Positions 1 to 10,333 of a DNA stretch of 64,000 nt are shown in pieces. The notes under the pieces were generated by a model. The model worked only from the letters and a program-made list of their open reading frames with translations, did no database searches and had not been told where the DNA came from. This DNA is from Podarcis erhardii (lineage: Eukaryota). The stretch lies in NCBI GenBank assembly GCA_964252035.1, contig OZ176208.1; one strand, 5' to 3'. The position numbers were made by a program, and so were the translations under genes. Numbering within the stretch: position 1 is the stretch's first letter; every line of letters begins with the position of its first letter.

Positions 1-61
1 TAATAATTTATACCCCGTCCATCTGTCTGGGCTTCCCTAGCCACTCTGGGTGGCTTCCAAA
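1..61 (-). mobile_element. 3' tail of L2-clade LINE (window edge)
   Basis: Reverse complement reads ttggaagccacccagagtggctagggaagcccagacagatggacggggtataaattatta, matching the 3' ends of the L2 copies at ~27550-27655 and ~40040-40143. Confidence 0.85.
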
Positions 62-189
62 ACTGCTGATTTAATCAGCAGTTAGACTTTGTAATCTTTT
101 TTTAATTATTTGGGATCAAAACTTCATACCTATAGTTCAACCATATTCAGCCCACTTATGTACTGTGAGGGTAGACTGGTAACTAGGTA

Positions 190-558
190 TTTTCCTCATC
201 TTCAGTTCATCACATTTCTGCATCTCTGTCCCTTTTTTTCTTCAAACCTCATGAAAATTTGCCAGCATTTCTCCTAATACACATTTTTTTGCCTAATGTA
301 TACGTAGCTCTCTGCAAGCAATTTTCCTAATATAATGTAATTTTGTGTGTGCTTCTCATCAATAAGTGCCTTTTGTGCACACTCCCCCCTAGTACACATA
401 TTTCTCTATGTATATTTGGTTGGAAAAAACTATACTGCAAAATTCAGAAGTATGTGAATTTTGAAGGATAGGTGTGGATTGGTTTACAGATTGTTTCAGA
501 AAGTTATCTAGGTCCACATTAAAATGCATACTAAATTGAATTTATACCCTGTTCTCAC
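190..558 (+). mobile_element. Degraded copy of ~500-bp AT-rich non-autonomous element with TAGGGATG-type ends (putative hAT-like), copy 1
   Basis: Shares internal motifs (cacatttctgc, atttctcctaata, gcaaaattcagaag..gtgaattttgaagga) with copies at 26256, 45692-47317 and 48964. Confidence 0.65.
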
Positions 559-1014
559 TGCTGTTCTCATTATTCTCACAGATCCATAGCTCAATAGAAT
601 CTATAAGTTAAGGATGATGCTTGCAGGAAAAATTCCTATGAAATCTTATGTATAGATAATGCAATTTTTTTTTTTTAATGATCCCAATTTGTGTTAATAT
701 CTAAGAATCTAGCATATGTTAGATTTTTTTTTTCCAAATACCAAAGAAACAAAACCAAAAACCCACAAGGAATAGTTACTGAGCCACAACATTTGTCCAC
801 CTAGCTTAGTTTTGTCTACTCTGTTGAGCTGGCTGAAGCTCTTTGGAGCTTCAGAGAGCAGTTTTCCCTGGACCTACCTAGGATTGCTTGTGACTGAACC
901 TTGGAGGACCTTCTGCATGCAGACTGTATGTTTAATGCTGAAACTTTGCTTATGCCAAGCAGATATTTTGTACCTTGGCTTTGGGGCTCATGTCTGCATC
1001 TTATGCAGAGAATT

Positions 1015-1142
1015 NNNNNNNNNNNNNNNNNNNNNNNNNNNNNNNNNNNNNNNNNNNNNNNNNNNNNNNNNNNNNNNNNNNNNNNNNNNNNNNNNNNNNN
1101 NNNNNNNNNNNNNNNNNNNNNNNNNNNNNNNNNNNNNNNNNN
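1015..1142. other. Assembly gap (128 N)
   Basis: Run of N. Confidence 1.
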
Positions 1143-1699
1143 AATACTTGCCTGTCCCAGTTTGTACAGCTAAAGAAACAAGGAGGCGACATGTCTGCCT
1201 AATACGTTTTTTGCACCGGAGGAAAGTGACTTCAAAATATACCACTTGTTAAGATATGGACCATGGATGAAAGATTGTCAAGTCATAAAGATGAACCGTG
1301 TTTAACATCCCACCTGACACTAGGATACAATGTACTCCCTACCCCCAATGGCTTTCAAAAAGAGGTGTCACTTAAAAGTTGAAGTGCTATCAGTCTGTCT
1401 GGGAAATGTCCATCTCAAGGCATTTTGCCGACTCTGAATTCTTGCCTGCTGCTGTCATCGGTTTAATAGGTTTATATCTCATCTCCAAGAATTATACACT
1501 AGCAGAATGGTTGAAGCTGGCCTGAAAGGAAGATGGGGAATGCTCTCAGTGCAATCCATTACTATCCTGTTTTAGAAATGTTTAAATGCCAGACTTTGCA
1601 GCATTATACAAATGGGAGACCGGCAGAAAATATTGAAGCTCTCAGATATCCATTATCTCAGAATGAAATAAGATGTAGAAGAAAGAGACTATAATAAAA

Positions 1700-1790
1700 T
1701 GTGCAGGCCACTCCCATCATCCCTGACCACTGGCCTTGCTGGCTAGGGGCCATGAGAGCTGGGAGTCCGAAGCATCTAGACGTTGGCTTC
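1700..1790. mobile_element. Degenerate palindromic hAT-type MITE
   Basis: ctcccatcatccctgaccactggccttgctggctaggggccatgagagctgggagtcc resembles the core of the intact copy at 25179-25314. Confidence 0.55.
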
Positions 1791-4700
1791 TCTTGAGTTA
1801 GGGGAAGGGTGCAACAATTCTACTTGCTACTCAAAACACCCGATGAAAGAATGGTTGGACTTGATGTGTTGTTACTAGGAGAATGGGGAAGATGGCTCAA
1901 ATACTGATTACTTAGTATTGGCAAACAATTATTGAAAATGCCTTATATGTTAAAATATTCCTAGAGTTTGCTTTGAGTACTGAAGCTAATGGCAAAAATG
2001 CTCATCTAATGTTCAAAGTAAAAAAAAAAGTGTAAATGAATAAGGGCACTGTTTTAAAATGGAAGAGATCCGCACCCCCAAATCTTTGTTCAAACATTAT
2101 CGTAGTACTGCCCTTCATTTCACTTGGACCTTCTAGGACAGGGGTGAGCCTTTAACCTCCTGCCTCAGACCAGACACTCTCTCCTTAGACCACACCCCTC
2201 CACAACCCTTCTCCACACACTTATTGAATGTTTTTGCCTGGCTGGAATGTGCCCTTAAACTGTGGGAATGCCCGATGCTTGCCTGGGGTGGATAGGAGAT
2301 ATGGACATGGAGTGTGCATATTGAGAAAGCTTTGGATTTTGTCATGGCTGGAGTGTATCCCACTGTACAAAGTTAAGAGTCACCTCCATTACTCTGCCCA
2401 CTTTTGCCTCTGGCCCCACCCATCACAGAATGCTGTCTCTGGAAGGATGCCACAAGGGAATGGGCCTACTCAAACGTTGGTTCATGCATGCTTATAGTGT
2501 TAAAAACAGCAAACAACCCTCTTCATTTTTACAGTTCGTCTAATGTGCTAAGGATTTTGCAAATTTTTATCTTGGTTTATGATGGATAACAAGCAAGCCT
2601 AAGGGCTGCCCGTAAAGTCAATGCGTATTGATGCTGAAGATGGAACTGCCAGCCCATTAAGTGGTGTTTAGCATGAGTGGGGGAAAATTGCACTGCGCTG
2701 TTTCCTCAGAGATGATTTTGATTTAGTGACAACGGTCTCTGTGCTAGTGTTTACCGGTTTAAAGGATTACAGAGCCCCTTACATTTTAAAACAACAGAGG
2801 ATCCAGAAGTATTTTATATTTAACCTTTGTTTATTTCTTAAATCATGTATTAATGTGATTTGGGGGTATGAAATACACAGCGCTAAGTGTTCTCCGGCTA
2901 AATTGGAGTAATCTAGAAAGTGAGCTTTGACAGTGGAAACAGAGTGATTAATCTTCTCCTTCTTTCTCTCTTCCACTTTGCCTTTGGGGGCAGCGTTAAG
3001 AGTTTGCCTTTTACCTATGATAATTCTTTATGAAACAGGGTGGCTTCACCGTTGCATTTAGTTTGCCAGTCCATAATTTGACAGAGCTCCTGCAATGACT
3101 TTTATTTGTTAGACAGGTGGACAAGGATTGGTGTTGCCTAATAAGTAGCACTGTTTGTAACAATACTATCATACCATGACTTATTGGGTTAGAAAGCACA
3201 GGAGAAAAGAGAGAGGGGCAGGGAATTGTTACTGTATCTCTCACTGTACAGGCACATATACCGTATGTTTTTGTGTGAGAACGCATCCCACTATTGTCTC
3301 TGCTAACAGGTTTTGCAAGTTTTGTTTTGTAGTGCTTGAAAAAACTTGAAAAACCAGGATTGTCAGTGGGACCAAGCAAACATCTTGCTCAAACCACTTT
3401 CAATGAGTTTCTTAAAAGCTATTGTCTGCTCCAGTCTTAGGGCCCAATTAGACAAGATAACAGTTTCACAATTAGCAATTGTATGTGTGGCCTTCAACCT
3501 CAATATAGTCCTGGCCGAATTATTCTCCCTACCTGTTTTTTTAATTGGAGAATGTTATTATGTGTTCCAACAACAAGGGGTTAAAAGCCGCTTCTCCCAT
3601 ATCAGGTCCTGATCCAGATGTTGTTCACTGTGATGTGTGTGTGTTGTCCGTTCATACAATAGCTGATTGAATGCTGTGTAGCATCTCATTTGGCCCTTAT
3701 TAATTTTAGGATTTAATTAATTTGATCTTCTAATCAATATCCCCCCCCCCTCTGAAACACTGTGTAGTGCAATAAGGTATAAATAATTATCTCATTACAA
3801 ATTCTTTCATGGTCATTTTTATCTCTCCAGTTGGAACTTACCTTCACATTAAAGACACACATCCAGAAACACACACCCAACACTCTTTTCTTTCTTCGTC
3901 AGTGACAACTGTGTTGTATTAATGGGGAAATGTCCTCAGGCACTACAAGGATTAGTCTGTGAGTGTCCAGAGGACAGAAGATAAGAGAACTAGACACATG
4001 TTTAAGTTGTGGTAGATAGAAGGTGAAGAAGATTCTATGTTGAAGATCACGCACATCTTTGTAACCTTTGATCCACAATGTTCAAAATATGTGCTTTAAT
4101 TGTGCTTTTAAAAACTCCTACTTTGCTGTACACTCAACTTGTGACACTTTTTTTATCTTTAGAGGAAACCCACCACTTAGTTGATGTGTAAGCAGAATCA
4201 TGGGTGTCCTTAGCCCTGTTCAGATGTTCATTAGGTACAAATTACTTTATGGATGACACTAAACAGGTTGATATCTGCTACACCTACACCAGTCCTCCAT
4301 AGGTTCAAGTATACCACTGAATGGAATCTATGAACATGCCTTTGGATGCAATCCAGTATCCTGGGAACTGGAGGGTTCTGAATTGTGCATACAGGAGCCA
4401 ACTTGAGTATAGGCGCAGATTCCATGGAAAGGGTACATTCGAACATGCAGAGGTCAGGGCACTGTGCCAATGTGTCCCTAGCACTTTGCACTTGTCTTGG
4501 CCTCCTCACTCCAAAATGCAACTTCAGCAGTGCAGCTGTGTGAGGTAGGAGGTTTCCTTTTGCAATGTCTGAGACTTGGAGGGTAGAAGTAGCCTTGGAC
4601 TCAAATCCTCACACAGTCATGGATCTGAGTTATGAAACAGAAATGTAGAAAATGGATATGCATTACGCTTCACACATTTATCTCTTGAGCAAATTTAATG

Positions 4701-4839
4701 TAAATGGTTAATGTCAATGGGTGACCATGAACTGGGTTCTGTGTAAGCTGCAGCTTAATTTTGATTCTTGCCACCTTCCAGGGCTTTCAAGAATGTGAAT
4801 TCACCCCATGAAATATTGGCCTGAATACAAGCCTCACTT

Positions 4840-5077
4840 TTTCCCCAAATTCCGACTGTGAAAAGTTAAAGCGCGGCTTAAATTGGCGACCTTACAAAAA
4901 TTGGCTTTTACGATATTGCTGCTGAAACAGACATATGGTAAAACGGAATGGGTGTGAGTGCCTGCGGAATTTTAGGGGAATGGCTTATATTTGGGTATTA
5001 TCTTTTTTTCTCTCCCCCCCTTGAATTTTAAAGGTGCGGTTTATATTCGGGTACGGCTTATATTTGGGCCAATATGG
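4840..5077. mobile_element. Partial Tc1/mariner (Tc2-like) MITE, right end
   Basis: Ends gtgcggtttatattcgggtacggcttatatttgggccaatatgg followed by TA, with the repeated gcttatattcggg subterminal motif typical of CCGTA-terminated Tc2-like elements. Left end not found. Confidence 0.5.
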
Positions 5078-5584
5078 TAGGTGTGTGTTGCTTCGAAATG
5101 ACAACATCCATTTGCTATATGGAGCTGAAAAGCTACAGAAGCTTTCCCCCAGGCGCACTACCCTTGAGATACAAAAAGTGCAGTCAACATTGGCATATTC
5201 AAATCCTGCACAGTTCCTAGTGCCAGCAAATCCTTTCAACTTTCCCACAGAACAATTTCCCCTTGCCCATTAAGCAGCTGCAGTTCGACAAATGTGTTCT
5301 TAGTGTTGATTCAGTACATGTGTTTTGGACATTTTGATGTATGTCCCAGTGTTGTCTACTTGGTCGTATAAACAAGCATCCTGACATAACACATTCTCCT
5401 TGCACATGGATGAAGAAGGGAGGTAGAGCATATACACAACTCCTCTCAAGGATACAAATGAGGTGGTAAGAACATTAAACAAAGCTTTTAAAATGGATAA
5501 AGAATATAGTAGGGTGAAAGAGTAAAAGTAAAATAGAAACCAATTCACTCATAGGTTGGGCTGCTGGGCTGTAAAACACTGAGG

Positions 5585-5859
5585 CATACCCTCCAATGGG
5601 AAAACCAGGAAGGCAGCTTCCGGGGCTGCACTCCCATGAGTCACATGACCTATGCAAGACCGTGACCCTGGAAAAAAAACTTTTTCTGGCATGGTGCACA
5701 TTTTGGGGCTTTGTGCAAGATCGCAGCCCCCAAAAAGCACTTTTCTGAGGCAAGATTGTGTCCCAAAATTGTGCGAGAGCATGGCATCCAAAATGGCCAC
5801 TGTGCTCTTGTAGGGAAAAACAGGATGTCCCATTTTTTCCGGGACAGTTGCAGGTTATG
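5585..5859. mobile_element. Non-autonomous TIR element with CATACCCTCCAA termini and 6-bp TSD
   Basis: Left end cataccctccaa (5585); right end reverse complement cataacctgcaactgtcccgg (5859). Direct repeat ctgagg at 5579-5584 and 5860-5865. Confidence 0.7.
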
Positions 5860-6519
5860 CTGAGGCTATGCACTGTATATTTAAACAACATTCATTAAAT
5901 ATACACACTGTATATTTAAGGCACATTCAGAGCACATTCTTTCCCTCTGCAGTTTACTCCCCACAGATTTACAATTCCCAACAACCCTTAACAAATTGCA
6001 GTGCCCAGAGTTCTTTGAGAGTGAGAAAATGTGTGTTTGATGCGCTTTATAGGTATATTGTGCACACAGACACAGACACACAAGGAAGACTAACTTCTTG
6101 TGCTTCTGCTTGCTGTAGTAAAGCCATCAGTAACTTAACTCACTTCTTCAAGTTTAGTAACATTATAGTAATGCATATTTTTAGTAATGCAAATATATGG
6201 TAATGCAAATTTGCAGGAGTGTTGAGTGGCCAAATCCAGTTTGTTTTTGTTGTTGAACCTTGGGTGGGGTGGGAATAATGTGACCTTTTGGGTAAGGAGA
6301 GAACTTTGATTAGTTAAGTATAAAACAAAATGTATGATAATGATAATAATGCATTATTATTTTGAAGATATTTTCATTGGGAAAGAGCACTACATTATAT
6401 TAAGTACTATTATATTAAGTACTCATTTCAAACATAACCACCAATTTTCATTTACAGTACATATTCTCTTTTCTCAAATTCTCTTTTCAGAGGCATCAGA
6501 GTGCAAATTAATTGACAGA

Positions 6520-6522
<3 letters not shown>

Positions 6523-6551
<29 letters not shown>
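6523..6551. repeat. (TC)n microsatellite
   Basis: Direct reading. Confidence 0.95.
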
Positions 6552-6557
<6 letters not shown>

Positions 6558-7262
6558 TTGAGTTTATCAAGCCTTTTATGCAATTCCTTTTTAGAATCAA
6601 CATATACCTGGAATGGGAACCATTTCCCTAATAAATCATCCTTGATATTTGTGTGCAAAGCAGCCTTGATTTGCATAGGCACTTTTTCCATTATAAGCTA
6701 TTCCTGTATTTTTCCCCAACTGAAGTTCCCCTGTGGCAAAATAAATTGTAAATTCCATTTGCAATTATAAATGTGAACTCAATAAACTGTGGACATCTTT
6801 AAATGAATCTGACATTCTGTCAGAATATACCTGAAAGTAAATTGTGTTTCCTCCAGGTTTTTTGGGAAACCACTGTCTAGCTGAGAAGTACAGAAACCAT
6901 ATGAAGCGGAGGCAGCTGCAGTTAGTTTCTGGGCTGACATGCCTGCATAAATCAATGGGCTGGATTCTTGTTTGCACTGCAGAATTCCTTTTGTCACATT
7001 ACCATGCTAAAATACATTTAACATGATGTAGAATCAACACAGTTTGTAAGTGAGCTAAGCATTTGAGCCACACCGAGCTATCTCTTGAACTTTGGAACCA
7101 TTTCAGAGTCATGTCAAATTCATGTAGGGTCGGTGACTGCATTCCTTCAGCCTAGACTGAAACATGTGGCCTCTGTAGTTTGAGAGTATGCAGGGAATGT
7201 AAGAATATAGAACTTGAATATAGAATATAGAAAGGAACTGACCAACTTGAGGGCTGTGAACT

Positions 7263-7380
7263 TAAGAAGAGACCTGCTGGATCAGGCCAAAGGCCCCTCT
7301 AGCCTAGCAGCCAGTTCTCAAAGATGTTTGCAGGAAACCTGAAAGGAAAATCTGAGTTCAATGATACTCTCCCCACTGAA
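7263..7380 (-). mobile_element. Old CR1-type LINE 3' end fragment
   Basis: taagaagagacctgctggatcaggccaaaggcccctctag is the reverse complement of a CR1 3' UTR terminus; related to 35389 and 39227. Confidence 0.6.
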
Positions 7381-7778
7381 TGGCAGGTCTCAATGAGCAC
7401 TTTGCAGGACCCATGCAGGCAAAGTGATTTGAAAGACCTGTGTAGGCAATGATATCAATAAATTGACAGGCAGGCAGCCCCACCCACCTACCAAATCTGA
7501 CTTGCAAGGTAGGGGAGATTACAAGCTGGACCACTGGTCAGAACTAGTTCCCCACCACTGGTTTGATATATTAATATTCCGCCTTTCAGCCCCAAAGCAA
7601 TTGAAAACAGCAATCAATGAAGACAGTAGTCACCAATATTGTTATGAGTTTGGAGTGTGTGTGTGTCAGTCTGGATTGTACCTTGTGCCCTTTTGAAACC
7701 TGTGTGTGAGGTAGAATCTATAAGATGAAACCAGCCAAACCCGTTCCAAAGGAATGACTTTGGCTGGCTAGTTATATA

Positions 7779-8019
7779 CAGTGGTACCTCGGGTTAAGAA
7801 CTTAATTCGTTCCGGAGGTCCTTTCTTAACCTGAAACTGTTCTTAACCTGAAGCACCACTTTAGCTAATGGGGCCTCCCGCTGCTGCCATGCCACCGCAC
7901 ATGATTTCTGATCTCATCCTGAAGCAAAGTTCTTAACCCGAGGTACTATTTCTGGGTTAGCAGAGTCTGTAACCTGAAGCGTCTGTAACCTGAAGCGTCT
8001 GTAACCTGAGGTACCACTG
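7779..8019 (+). mobile_element. pogo/Tigger-like Tc1/mariner MITE, intact
   Basis: TIR cagtggtacctcgggtta...taacctgaggtaccactg, TA flanks at 7777-7778 and 8020-8021, internal tandem ctgtaacctgaagcgt units. Confidence 0.9.
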
Positions 8020-8284
8020 TACCATGATTTGCAAAGAGGTTGCCATAGAAACAGATGAGTGGGCCTTTCACCACCCACCTCACCTGACTGCTATGCCCTT
8101 GAAGGGGGGCATAGTCTGGTCTCTGCTACCAACCAGGATCCCAAGCACCACCAGGAGGCAGCCCCTGCCTCCCAGGAAGACCATTACAGCTCTATCCATT
8201 GGCCAAACCAAAAGCAGCTGCCCCAATATTTGCTTTCCCCTTTCCTCCCTTCCATTACATTTTCCCATTTATATTATGTCTACC

Positions 8285-8403
8285 CTGGGATAACTCAGTC
8301 AGTAGAGCATAGGACTCTTAATCTTAGGGTTATGGGTTCAAGCCCCGCAAAATATTCCTGCATTGCAGGGGGTCCCTTCCAACTCCATGATTCTATGGTT
8401 CTA
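8285..8403 (+). mobile_element. tRNA-Lys(CTT)-derived SINE with CR1-type 3' tail
   Basis: Head gataactcagtcagtagagcataggactcttaatcttagggttatgggttcaagcccc aligns to vertebrate tRNA-Lys-CTT; tail ttcctgcattgcagggggtcccttccaactccatgattctatg matches the CR1 3' end at 13195-13260. Confidence 0.8.
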
Positions 8404-8520
8404 CCTGTTTGATCTTTTCATATATTTCTGCACTTTAAAAATGTTGGTTGCTTTAGAAGTGCTGAACAATTACTCTTCCAACAACAGTTATTTGAATCCC
8501 TGATTGTCTGCGATTGCCAG

Positions 8521-8558
8521 TGGTGACAATTCTGAAGACTGGTGACAATTCTGAAGAC
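8521..8558. repeat. Perfect 19-bp tandem duplication
   Basis: tggtgacaattctgaagac x2. Confidence 0.95.
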
Positions 8559-9810
8559 GACGACGACAACAACCCAGTGCTAGTTTGGCTTTAGATGCTT
8601 TGAAGCATCAGTGGACCAGAAAAATAATGGCAGTACATTGATACCAAATGACAACATGTTCAAGGAAAACCAGAGGAGCAGGGATTTGGGAATCATTTTA
8701 GAACCAGAAATGCTCCAGTTTTTCCCTGGTGCAAAATTCGGTGCAGTCCAAACTACATCTCAGTGTACTTTTGTAAGTGCAACACAGTGATTTCCCATAA
8801 TACCCAGGCTGTCATTTCCCTGTGGTTCATCATCCACACCTTGAAACAGCAGCCTGAGTGACACTGTCAGTGTTTGATTTTCACTTATTTGCTGAGGGGT
8901 GGGGGGAAGAGTTAAGGCAAATATGAAAGTGATTTCAGCTCAAACTTCTTGTGCGAGCTATTAAAGCAAACAGCAGATCTTTGGTGTGGAATATGAAGCA
9001 AAGGTAGAAACAATAGGCAATCCCTCTGTGTCAGCATGAGAGGATTATCTCTGATCTATTGATAAATATATAGATATTTAAAAAGAAATATTTACTTAGC
9101 ATAGTGAACGATCATCTCTAATTAGATGATACATTACACAAATACCCAAATACTAAAGAGCTTCATCTAAGAAAGACTGAAGGGAATTAGGTGGGTCACT
9201 CTTCTGCCTTCGGGATGTTCCGGGAAGATTGGCAGATGTAGCATCTGTTTGCTCTGAAATTTCAGGTGAAATGCAGGGAAGGGACAAACTTCAGGGAAGA
9301 TGGCAAGCTGTGTTGCTTAAAGAGCTCCAAAAGAGGGCAGCCTTTGCCTCTCCCACCCTTGAAATCCTGACTCTATTGTGTCTGTCTTCCTTTCTTTTGA
9401 CTTAAGCCATGTTGGGGCTCCCTCTGCTGTTCATTTTCAGTTTAAAATATCAAAAAGGAAAAAGGGAAGGAGGAAATGTAATGCAAACAATGTCCGTTTC
9501 TATCCTGTTCATTTAGGAGTCAAGCTGTTCCACTAGCACATTTGTTGTTATTTCATTTTCTATGAACTGTAGAAATATAAGTTGTTATCATCATTATTTA
9601 GATTCCTTACTCACTTTTCAGCAAAATGCCAAAGACAGGATTAAGATGAGCGACCTGACCTAGGATCTGTTGGATCCTGTATTGGTGCTGACTGGCACTG
9701 GATCCATTTTAGGCCCAGACACTGCACTGACCTGGAGCTAGTGCAGGGATCTGGCCCCATCTGCCTTCCACCATGTTCTGCTGCTGCCTCTGTGAGTGGC
9801 CTGGGCTACA

Positions 9811-9856
<46 letters not shown>
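9811..9856. repeat. (TTA)n microsatellite
   Basis: Direct reading; followed by tttattaaatttgtat, possibly a remnant minus-strand LINE tail. Confidence 0.95.
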
Positions 9857-10286
9857 TATTAAATTTGTATATGCAATGGTTGCTATGCAGAACACTAGAA
9901 GCAGGAACAGCAGGAAGTTAGTATTGTTTTGCAGGAGCTCAGTTACATGTGTTTCCTCACATGCTTCTTTCTTTAACAAGTGTATGTGAAGTGATATTTA
10001 ATCTACCTGGATCGCAGATTAGCCAGTGATGGGTTCCACCCTGGAAGGTTCATATTCCAAGGTAAAGACAGTGTCTTGGCCCCATTTACCTTTCCATGAG
10101 GCAGAGTGGATTTTGAAATCTCCCACAATGTGAAGATGCTAGCCGTTCAACTAGCCGGTTCAGCACATGCTAATTTGACCCAGGTTAACTGAGAAACTGG
10201 ATGTGAGATGTTAAAATTCCCTTTATGGTGACACGTTTCGTGCAAATGCAGCCAACTGATTTCAGCGGTGCCTTTTTCCACAGAGA

Positions 10287-10288
<2 letters not shown>

Positions 10289-10332
<44 letters not shown>
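10289..10332. repeat. (GT)n microsatellite
   Basis: Direct reading. Confidence 0.95.

Positions 10333-10333
<1 letters not shown>

Noticed and set aside
812-1252. Long ORFs spanning 812-1252
   Set aside because: They are open only because they cross the N gap.
3320-3440. Plus-strand acceptor-like sites followed by CLKKLEKPGLSVGP.. frame
   Set aside because: Stops early, has no donor and the peptide is not recognised.
8285-8350. tRNA-Lys gene
   Set aside because: Degenerate stems, no intact acceptor stem, and fused to a CR1 tail; it is a SINE head, as are 25140-25331, 25740-25777 and 29246-29280.
9741-9989. ORFs with poly-Leu, poly-Ile, poly-Asn, poly-Phe or HT/VC repeats (also 10147, 27443, 28552, 34237, 39868, 58462)
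   Set aside because: The low-complexity peptides are translations of microsatellites.
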